A stretch of DNA of 64,000 bases, taken from positions 61,038-125,037 of the forward strand of contig SFCQ01000003.1 of assembly GCA_004558525.1 (NCBI GenBank), read 5' to 3'. Origin of the DNA: Clostridiales bacterium. Lineage in GTDB: Bacteria; Bacillota; Clostridia; Christensenellales; CAG-138. Shown piece after piece: positions 56,709-64,000 of the stretch. Under the pieces are notes generated by a model that was given only the letters and a program-made list of their open reading frames with translations, had not been told where the DNA came from and did no database searches. The position numbers and the translations under genes were made by a program. Position 1 is the stretch's first letter, and every line of letters begins with the position of its first letter.

Positions 56709-58904
56709 TTATTCTTCGTCCGTATAGCCAAGGCGCTCGTTAAGCTTATTGAGCATCTCTTCAGCGGCCTGCGGTATCCTGGTGCCCGGCCCGAATATGC
56801 ACGCGGCTCCGGCCTTGTAAAGGAAGTCGTAATCCTGCGCCGGAATCACGCCGCCGACTACCACCATTATATCCTCCCTGCCGAGCTTCCTAAGCTCATC
56901 CATAAGCTGAGGCAGCAGCGTCTTATGCCCGGCGGCGAGCGAGCTCATGCCCACTATATGCACGTCGTTATCAACAGCGTCCCTTGCAGTCTCAGCCGGA
57001 GTCTGGAACAGCGGCCCTACGTCAACGTCAAAGCCCATGTCGGCATACGCGGTGGCGACTACCTTGGCGCCCCTGTCATGCCCGTCCTGGCCCATCTTAG
57101 CTACCATTATGCGCGGACGGCGGCCCTCTCTCTTTTCAAACTCATCGGTCATCTTGCGCACATGCTCTATCTCCGCCGTGTCGGAGGATTCCTTTGAATA
57201 CACGCCCGATATGGAGCGTATGACCGCCTTATGCCTGCCGCATACCTTTTCAACTGCCATAGATATCTCCCCAAGGCTCGCCCTTGCGCGCGCCGCCTCA
57301 ACGGCAAGCTCAAGCAGGTTGCCTTCTTCGGTCTCAACGGACTTTGTTATTGCGTCAAGGCACTGCTGTACCTTTTCATTATCCCTGTTCGCCCTCAGCT
57401 TATTGAGCCTTGCTATCTGTGCCTCGCGAACGGCGGTGTTATCCACCTCAAGAATGTCTATAGCGTCCTCATGCTCAAGCTGCATGTAGTTGAGGCCAAC
57501 TATGTTTTCCCTGCCGGAGTCTATCCTGGCCTGACGCCTTGCGGCGGCCTCCTCTATCCTCATCTTGGGCAGTCCGGTCTCTATGGCCTTTGCCATGCCG
57601 CCAAGCTTTTCAACCTCCTGTATGTGGCCCCAAGCCCTCTTTATAAGCTCATCCGTAAGCGCCTCAACATAGTATGAGCCTCCCCACGGGTCAACCACCT
57701 TGCAGACCCTTGTTTCGTCCTGTATATACAGCTGGGTATTTCTGGCTATGCGCGCAGAGAAGTCCGTAGGCAGCGCTATAGCCTCGTCAAGCGCATTGGT
57801 ATGCAGGCTCTGCGTATGGCCAAGAGCGGCGGCCATAGCCTCCATACACGTCCTTGCAACGTTGTTAAAAGGATCCTGCGCGGTAAGGCTCCAGCCGGAG
57901 GTCTGGCAATGCGTCCTCAGCGCCATGGACTTATCAAGCTTAGGCCCGAATTCCTTTATTATCTTCGCCCAAAGCACACGGCCTGCGCGCATCTTGGCGA
58001 CCTCCATAAAGTAGTTCTTGCCCATTCCCCAGAAGAAGGAGAGCCTGGGGGCAAACGCGTCTATGCTAAGTCCGGCAGCTATACCCGTCCTTATATACTC
58101 AAGGCCGTCCGCAAGCGTATAACCAAGCTCTATATCCGCAGTAGCTCCGGCCTCCTGAATATGATAGCCGGATATGGATATTGAATTGAACTTGGGCATG
58201 TACTTTGCCGTATAGGCAAATATATCGCCTATTATGCGCATGGAGGTCTTGGGAGGATAGATGTAGGTATTCCTCACCATGAACTCCTTAAGTATATCGT
58301 TCTGTATGGTGCCGGCCAGCTTTGACTTGTCAACGCCCTGCTCCTCGGCAGCCAGTATGTAGAACGCCATTATAGGCAGCACGGCGCCGTTCATGGTCAT
58401 TGAAACGGACATCTGGTCAAGAGGTATGCCCTTGAACAGTATCTCCATATCAAGTATCGAATCAACGGCAACGCCGGCCTTGCCAACATCGCCTATCACC
58501 CTGGGGTGATCTGAGTCATAGCCCCTGTGCGTAGCAAGGTCGAACGCTATTGAAAGTCCCTTCTGTCCGGCAGCGAGATTCCTTCTGTAAAAGGCGTTTG
58601 ATTCCTCTGCCGTGGAGAAGCCGGCGTACTGGCGCACGGTCCAGGGCCTGGTAACATACATGGTGGGATATGGTCCCCTCAGGAAAGGAGGAAGTCCCGC
58701 AGTGTAGCCGGTATGCACGGCGTCCTTTATGTCAGCCCTGGTGTAGTTGGGCTGAACGTCTATCTGCTCCATGGTGTGGGTAACAAGCTCTTCAACGCTC
58801 ATGCCTGTCTCGGCCTTAACGCGCGCTGCCCACTGCTCCCTGGTCTCCTTTTCGGTTGAAGGAGCGGTAAAATCAACCTTTGAAAAATCGGGTCTTATGC
58901 TCAT
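56709..58904 (-). CDS. mutB: Methylmalonyl-CoA mutase large (alpha) subunit
   Basis: 731 aa: a TIM-barrel substrate domain plus a C-terminal B12-binding domain with DxHxxG ([10 protein letters not shown]). Confidence 0.9.
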   Translation of the reverse strand: MSIRPDFSKVDFTAPSTEKETREQWAARVKAETGMSVEELVTHTMEQIDVQPNYTRADIKDAVHTGYTAGLPPFLRGPYPTMYVTRPWTVRQYAGFSTAEESNAFYRRNLAAGQKGLSIAFDLATHRGYDSDHPRVIGDVGKAGVAVDSILDMEILFKGIPLDQMSVSMTMNGAVLPIMAFYILAAEEQGVDKSKLAGTIQNDILKEFMVRNTYIYPPKTSMRIIGDIFAYTAKYMPKFNSISISGYHIQEAGATADIELGYTLADGLEYIRTGIAAGLSIDAFAPRLSFFWGMGKNYFMEVAKMRAGRVLWAKIIKEFGPKLDKSMALRTHCQTSGWSLTAQDPFNNVARTCMEAMAAALGHTQSLHTNALDEAIALPTDFSARIARNTQLYIQDETRVCKVVDPWGGSYYVEALTDELIKRAWGHIQEVEKLGGMAKAIETGLPKMRIEEAAARRQARIDSGRENIVGLNYMQLEHEDAIDILEVDNTAVREAQIARLNKLRANRDNEKVQQCLDAITKSVETEEGNLLELAVEAARARASLGEISMAVEKVCGRHKAVIRSISGVYSKESSDTAEIEHVRKMTDEFEKREGRRPRIMVAKMGQDGHDRGAKVVATAYADMGFDVDVGPLFQTPAETARDAVDNDVHIVGMSSLAAGHKTLLPQLMDELRKLGREDIMVVVGGVIPAQDYDFLYKAGAACIFGPGTRIPQAAEEMLNKLNERLGYTDEE

Positions 58905-60805
58905 CAGCCTATCCCCCTTTCGCTCTGGATCCTTCTGAGTATCTCAAGGCAGTTCGCCTTAACGTGTATGTAGTCATCAACGCCGGCCTCGTCATAGCTC
59001 TGCTTGAACTCCGCCGCCGGAGCGCCTGCAAGCATGACCAGCATGTTGGGCGCTTTTTCCTTTATGCCCCTGGCTATTGAGGGAACAAGCTCCGGATAAG
59101 TATCGTCCGTTGAGCATATAACGGCCACATCGGCTCCGCTTTCGCAGGCGGCCTTTATTGCGCAGTTGGGACATTCAAAGCCATCGTTGCCTATGACGTT
59201 TATGCCGCCCACCTCAAGGAATCCCCTTGAAAAATCAGCTCTCGCCTTATGCTGGGGTATAGGCCCCATATTCACAAGGAACGCGCTCAGGCGCTTGCCC
59301 GTCTTTTCGGCAGCCTCGTCAGTGGCCTTCCTCAGCGCCTCAAACTGCTCTGTCCAGCGGTGCGGCTTTATCGGCTCAACGCTTATTGAGAACTCGCACT
59401 GGCAGCAGCAGGGCTTCTTCTTTTCCTTGGGAGCCCTTTCAAGCGGCTTCTCGGTCATGTTGGCATACATGTTGGTGCCAACGGCCCTGTCAGCCCTTGT
59501 GGCAAGCTTTTTGAACCTTTCGTCAAGCACATTCTTGACCTCGGCCTGTATCTCGCCCGCTTTAAGCAGCTCGAGCATGCCGCCCTTTGCCTCTATATCC
59601 TTGAACTTTTCAGCTATAGCCTCTATAAGCTGATTGGTGAGCGTTTCAACATACCAGCTTCCGCCCGCAGGATCAACGGGGTGCAGAAGGTCAAACTCCT
59701 CCCTCAGCATAAGCTGAAGATTCCTCGCTATCCTTCTTGAGGTCTCATCGCTTTCACCAATGGCTTCGTCAAGCGGGGATACGTTCATAGCGTTTATGCC
59801 GCCAACTACGCCGGAGAAGGCCTCCGTAGTGGCCCTGAGTATGTTCACATAGGGATCGAATACGGTCTTTGTAAATGCCGATGTGCTGGCAAAAACATCC
59901 GCCTTGGCAGCCTCGTCCCCCGCGCCGTAAGCCCTGGCCATCCTTGCGAACACAACGCGCATGGCCCTGAGCTTGGCTATCTCCATAAAGAAGTTGGAGC
60001 CGAGCGATACGCAAAGCCTTATGCTGCCAGCCGCATCGTCCGCGCTTATGCCCCTGTCCGTCATTGAAGCTATGTAGTCGCTGGCTGTGGCTATAACGTA
60101 GGCAGCCTCCTGCACGGCCGTTGCGCCGCCGTTTGCGTATACGCTGCCGTCAGCTATCACGGTGCGCAGCTTGGGCGCGTTTGCCTTGGCGAACCTGACG
60201 GAGCTTGCCATGTCGTCATAGGCTTCTTCCATGCTCTTCTTTATGCCGCCGCTCAGCGCTATCTTGCCTATCGGGTCCGCGCCGAAGCAGCCCTCCGCCT
60301 TGTCAAAGCCGTCTATGACGTTCTTAGCCATTTCAAGCTTCTTTATGGCGCTTGCGCCGCACTTTACATGCAACGCGGCAGCGGGCAGCATAACGCCTGC
60401 GAAAAGAGCCTTCATGCCGGCTTCGTTTTCAACGTCGACGCCCGTGCAAAGGTCAACGTTCACCGCCGTCGCTCCCTTTTCAAGCTCATGCAGTATAAGC
60501 GCGTTTGCCTTTTCAGGCGAAACAGCCTCCACCTGCTGGGCAATGGCCCAGGGCGCGTGCATATAGCCCGCAGGGTCGGTGCCGCGCAGGTAATCGCCCT
60601 CGCCGGGGCGCGAAGGATTGAGGGAATAGTCAGCGTCGGTGTATATGGGCTTAAGGGTTATGCCCTCATATGTTTTGGTAAGCAGCTTTTTATCAAAGTC
60701 GGCGCCCTTCAATGACTCTATCGCGGCAGCCTTCCATTCATCGTAGGCAGGTACCGGAAATTCGTCGAGCGACGGCCTTGTATACTGGGTCTCTTCGTTT
60801 GCCAT
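58904..60805 (-). CDS. mutA: Methylmalonyl-CoA mutase small (beta) subunit
   Basis: 633 aa mutase paralogue that lacks DxHxxG. Its stop overlaps the mutB start (TGATGA). Confidence 0.8.
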   Translation of the reverse strand: MANEETQYTRPSLDEFPVPAYDEWKAAAIESLKGADFDKKLLTKTYEGITLKPIYTDADYSLNPSRPGEGDYLRGTDPAGYMHAPWAIAQQVEAVSPEKANALILHELEKGATAVNVDLCTGVDVENEAGMKALFAGVMLPAAALHVKCGASAIKKLEMAKNVIDGFDKAEGCFGADPIGKIALSGGIKKSMEEAYDDMASSVRFAKANAPKLRTVIADGSVYANGGATAVQEAAYVIATASDYIASMTDRGISADDAAGSIRLCVSLGSNFFMEIAKLRAMRVVFARMARAYGAGDEAAKADVFASTSAFTKTVFDPYVNILRATTEAFSGVVGGINAMNVSPLDEAIGESDETSRRIARNLQLMLREEFDLLHPVDPAGGSWYVETLTNQLIEAIAEKFKDIEAKGGMLELLKAGEIQAEVKNVLDERFKKLATRADRAVGTNMYANMTEKPLERAPKEKKKPCCCQCEFSISVEPIKPHRWTEQFEALRKATDEAAEKTGKRLSAFLVNMGPIPQHKARADFSRGFLEVGGINVIGNDGFECPNCAIKAACESGADVAVICSTDDTYPELVPSIARGIKEKAPNMLVMLAGAPAAEFKQSYDEAGVDDYIHVKANCLEILRRIQSERGIG

Positions 60806-60823
60806 TATATGTTCCTCCTTGGC

Positions 60824-62353
60824 TTAAACGGGGAAATTGCCGTGTTTCTTCTCGGGTCTGGTTTCTTTTTTGCTTTCGAGCATGCTCAGCGCGCTTGCAA
60901 CATGTACCCTTGTAAGCGCCGGCTCTATAACGTCGTCAACAAAGCCGCGCGACGCCGCCTGATAGGGGTTTGCAAAATTCTTTCTGTATTCCTCTATCAT
61001 CTGCTTGCGGGTCTCCTGCGGGTTCTCGCTGGCCTCTATCTCCTTGCGGTAGACAATGTTGGCCGCGCCGTCGGGTCCCATAACGGCTATTTCGGCCGTG
61101 GGCCATGCAAACACCATATCCGCGCCAAGATCCTTTGAGCACATGGCAAGATACGCCCCGCCGTAAGCCTTTCTTGTGACAACGGTAATCTTGGGGCATG
61201 TAGCCTCGGAATAGGCGTAAAGCATCTTTGCGCCGTGGCGTATTATTCCGCCGTATTCCTGATTCACGCCGGGCAGGAAGCCGGGCACGTCAACAAACGT
61301 AAGCAGGGGTATATTGAAGCTATCGCATATTGAGATGAACCTTGCCGCCTTGTCGGAGGCGTTGATATCAAGGCTGCCTGCCATAACGGTAGGCTCGTTT
61401 GCCAATATGCCTACCGACCTTCCGCCTATGCGGCCAAAGCCGGTTATCATGTTCTTGGCATAGTAGGGCTGCACCTCAAAGAAGTCGCCGTCGTCGATAA
61501 CGCTCTTTATAACGGTCTTCATCTCGTAAGCCTTGTTGCTGCTTTCGGGCATTATCTCGTTAAGGTTCTCGCAAACCCTGTTCACATCGTCGCCAGCATA
61601 ACGTATAGGCGCGCTCTCGCGGTTGGACGAAGGCAGGAAGCTTATCAGCCGCCTTATGCCGTCAAGCGTCTGATACTCGTCAGGATATACAAAGTGCGCA
61701 ACGCCGGATTTCTGGTTGTGTACCATGGCGCCGCCAAGCGCGTCGCTTGTGACCTCTTCCCTTGTAACGGTCTTTATTACCTGAGGACCGGTTATGAACA
61801 TATAGGAGGTCTTGTCGGACATGAATATGAAGTCCGTAAGCGCCGGAGAATACACGGCGCCGCCTGCGCAGGGGCCCATTATTGCAGATATCTGGGGAAC
61901 TACGCCCGAGGCTATGGTGTTCCTGTAGAATATGTTGCCGTAGCCGGAAAGCGCGTCGACAGCTTCGGGTATCCTTGCTCCGCCGCTGTCGTTGAGGCCT
62001 ATTACCGGCGCGCCCATCTTAAGCGCAAGGTCAAGCACCTTGCATATCTTCTTTGCATGCATCTCGCCCAGCGAGCCGCCTACAACGGTAAAGTCCTGCG
62101 CGTAAACGTATACGAGCCTTCCCTCTATCATGCCGTAGCCGGTAACTACGCCGTCGCCGGCGTTGCCCGCGCCGTAACGGCTTTCAACAAAAGCGTCAAG
62201 CTCAACAAAGCTGCCCTCGTCAAGCAGATAGTTGAGCCTTTCCCTTGCTGTAAGCTTGCCGGCATCATGCTGCTTGGCTATGCGCTTTTCGCCGCCGCCT
62301 GCCGCTATTTTATCCTTCTTTTCGTAAAGCAAATCTATCTTGGTTTCCATCAA
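60824..62353 (-). CDS. Methylmalonyl-CoA carboxyltransferase/decarboxylase alpha-type subunit (acyl-CoA carboxylase CT)
   Basis: 509 aa carboxyltransferase fold (GKLTARERLNYLLDEGSF, GGARIPE, GPCAGGAVYSPAL). Confidence 0.85.
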   Translation of the reverse strand: MMETKIDLLYEKKDKIAAGGGEKRIAKQHDAGKLTARERLNYLLDEGSFVELDAFVESRYGAGNAGDGVVTGYGMIEGRLVYVYAQDFTVVGGSLGEMHAKKICKVLDLALKMGAPVIGLNDSGGARIPEAVDALSGYGNIFYRNTIASGVVPQISAIMGPCAGGAVYSPALTDFIFMSDKTSYMFITGPQVIKTVTREEVTSDALGGAMVHNQKSGVAHFVYPDEYQTLDGIRRLISFLPSSNRESAPIRYAGDDVNRVCENLNEIMPESSNKAYEMKTVIKSVIDDGDFFEVQPYYAKNMITGFGRIGGRSVGILANEPTVMAGSLDINASDKAARFISICDSFNIPLLTFVDVPGFLPGVNQEYGGIIRHGAKMLYAYSEATCPKITVVTRKAYGGAYLAMCSKDLGADMVFAWPTAEIAVMGPDGAANIVYRKEIEASENPQETRKQMIEEYRKNFANPYQAASRGFVDDVIEPALTRVHVASALSMLESKKETRPEKKHGNFPV

Positions 62354-62362
62354 TATATCTCC

Positions 62363-62764
62363 TTACTTTCTTTCGGTAAGCTCAATAAGCACGCCGCCGG
62401 AAGCCTTGGGGTGCATAAAAGCTATGCTCGCGCCGCCCGCTCCGTACCTTGGCTCCGTATCTATCATGCGGAAGCCTTTTTCCTGCATCTCTGCTATAGC
62501 GGCCTTTATATCCGGCACGCGTATGGCTATATGCTGTATGCCAGCGCCCTTCTTTTCAATAAATTTGGCGATAGGGCCATCCTCCGTGGTGCTTTCAAGC
62601 AGCTCTATCTCGCTGTCTCCGCAGGGATAGAACTCCACGCGCACCTTCTGCTGCTCAACTTCTTCTATGCCGTTGCTCTTAAGGCCGAGCGCCTCGTAGA
62701 AGGGCCTCATCTCGTCAAGGCTGTTCACCGCTATACCGACGTGGTCGATTCTGAGTGGTTCCAT
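62363..62764 (-). CDS. mce: Methylmalonyl-CoA epimerase
   Basis: 133 aa VOC/glyoxalase fold (IDHVGIAV...GIQHIAIRV...FMHPKASGGVLIEL). First gene of the operon. Confidence 0.85.
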   Translation of the reverse strand: MEPLRIDHVGIAVNSLDEMRPFYEALGLKSNGIEEVEQQKVRVEFYPCGDSEIELLESTTEDGPIAKFIEKKGAGIQHIAIRVPDIKAAIAEMQEKGFRMIDTEPRYGAGGASIAFMHPKASGGVLIELTERK

Positions 62765-62888
62765 GCTGTACCGTCCTTTCTCATAATTGGGTGTGTTTAT
62801 CTGAATCCTACTAATTGTACACTATTTTAACTCGTTTGTGTATACATATCCCACCTGCTGAAATGCGGCAGGTGGGATAATAAGCTTT

Positions 62889-63353
62889 TTACTTGTTAAG
62901 CAGCTCGTCTGCGAACTTAAAGCCCGCTTCCGCGCACTTCATGTTCTTTTCTATAAAGCGCGGGAACTGCTCCTTAAGGGATTCAAGCGCGCTCTCGCGC
63001 CTTACAAGACCGGTATAGGCTACGAGGAAGGATACCGCTATCACGTTTGCGCCCTGCGGATTTATCTCATGCGCTGCGGCAAGAATTGGAACCTTTATCA
63101 CGTTTTTGCCGCTGCCGTCCGTATGCATGGAGGAATCCACGAATATAACGGTCTTTTCATCCGCAACAAGGCCATAGGTCTTGAAAGCGTCGTCAGTAAG
63201 GCAAAGAAGATAGTCGGGAGTGGTAGCCTTGGGGTAGTCGATAGGCTCCTCGCTTATAACGACCTCAGCCTTTGACGAGCCGCCGCGGGCCTCCGGGCCG
63301 TAGCTCTGGCTCTGTATGGCATACTTGCCGTCATGCACGGCGGCCGCGGCCAA
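62889..63353 (-). CDS. 2-oxoacid:ferredoxin oxidoreductase gamma subunit (N-terminus unresolved)
   Basis: QSQSYGPEARGGSSKAEVVIS is the gamma-subunit signature. The expected GxGGQG motif (GSGGQGIISAG) lies in the same frame upstream of the first possible start (TTG 63353), with no start codon before it. Confidence 0.7.
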   Translation of the reverse strand: MAAAAVHDGKYAIQSQSYGPEARGGSSKAEVVISEEPIDYPKATTPDYLLCLTDDAFKTYGLVADEKTVIFVDSSMHTDGSGKNVIKVPILAAAHEINPQGANVIAVSFLVAYTGLVRRESALESLKEQFPRFIEKNMKCAEAGFKFADELLNK

Positions 63354-64000
63354 TATTATACCGGCAGAGATTATGCCCTGTCCGCCGGAACCGCTCCTTG
63401 GCCTGCTTGTTCACAAACTCGCCTATAACAAAGGGCTTATCATACTCTGTCACGCCCGGCTTTAGCATAGTGCAGTCGTCGCGCAGCCTTTCCATCATCG
63501 TTACGGCGTCGCCTATCTTGTTCCTGCGCCCATAATAGGTGGGGCAGGTGGACAGGCATTCCACAACGGAAAAGCCCTTGTGCTCTATGGCGTGCTTTAT
63601 GTAGTTCTTGGTCTGCATGGCATGATATACGCTGCCGCGGGCAACGTAGGTGGCGCCGGCGCCTTCAGCAAGGTTGACAAGGTCGAAGGGCCTGTCTATA
63701 TTGCCGTAAACGGCGGTGGTAGCGAACTTGCCGGTCGGCGTCATGGGCGAATACTGGCCGCTGGTCATGCCGTAGATGCAGTTGTTGACAACAACAAGCG
63801 TCATGTTGACGTTCCTGCGGCAGGCATGTATAAAGTGGTTGCCGCCTATTGCGGTAGCGTCGCCATCGCCGGATATCACTATCACGTTAAGCTCGGGATT
63901 GGCCATCTTTATGCCCGTGGCAAAAGGAAGCGCGCGCCCGTGAGCGGTGTGCAGCGTGTCAAAATCCATGTATCCGGGGGCGCGGGAGGAGCAGCCGATG
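63331..64000 (-). CDS. 2-oxoacid:ferredoxin oxidoreductase beta subunit (TPP-binding; partial, N-terminus beyond the window)
   Basis: GDGDATAIGGNHFIHACRRNVNMTLVVVNNCIYGMTSGQ is the TPP-binding motif. The frame stays open to the window end. Confidence 0.85.
   Translation of the reverse strand, partial: IGCSSRAPGYMDFDTLHTAHGRALPFATGIKMANPELNVIVISGDGDATAIGGNHFIHACRRNVNMTLVVVNNCIYGMTSGQYSPMTPTGKFATTAVYGNIDRPFDLVNLAEGAGATYVARGSVYHAMQTKNYIKHAIEHKGFSVVECLSTCPTYYGRRNKIGDAVTMMERLRDDCTMLKPGVTEYDKPFVIGEFVNKQAKERFRRTGHNLCRYNIGRGRRA

Overview
This is a 64-kb chromosomal segment from a Gram-positive anaerobe. Gene content suggests Clostridia, possibly Oscillospiraceae/Ruminococcaceae-like, but that is inference only. 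About 65 protein genes and 4 tRNAs are supported, and most are core metabolism. Left to right: pstSCA (minus strand), dut, tRNA-Trp, psuK-psuG, kbl-tdh, a WG-repeat protein, a decayed feoA/feoB locus divergent from a DtxR-family regulator, and a MATE pump. Next comes rex-lysR and a redox block: a kinase-fold ORF, a small 2Fe-2S protein, a sensory [FeFe]-hydrogenase-like PAS protein, a PP2C phosphatase, the bifurcating-type hydrogenase hydCBA, and a second small 2Fe-2S protein. Then follow Fe-ADH, nfnAB, rplT-rpmI-infC, pyrG, tRNA-Pro/Thr and two ABC exporters. A small AT-richer BlaI islet sits beside tRNA-Leu. After it come ttcA-like, ansA, patB, MFS, a kinase-GNAT fusion, MATE, LysR plus an amino-acid ABC system, fba, hpf and a FeoA-FeoB-Cys-rich fusion. 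The window ends with phzF-like, the methylmalonyl-CoA operon (mce, carboxyltransferase, mutA, mutB, meaB) and 2-oxoacid:ferredoxin oxidoreductase gamma and beta subunits. The most unusual signal is a ~200-bp structured repeat family that I could not assign to a named family. It has 4 long copies and 2 fragments, terminal inverted repeats and a built-in bidirectional terminator. Each copy lies in a terminator zone. Two copies are flanked by 18-23 bp direct duplications of the host terminator hairpin. Secondary observations: the HydS-PP2C sensory module with a probable pseudokinase; an in-frame TAG in a conserved gene; a feoB deletion remnant; repeated DtxR-type operator boxes; an in-frame deletion in the HPF C-terminal domain; tRNA-Leu 3'-end duplications (att-like scars); and a frame problem at the kor beta/gamma junction. 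No CRISPR array, rRNA, intact IS or prophage was seen. All calls come from reading the sequence and ORF track by eye. No database search was run.
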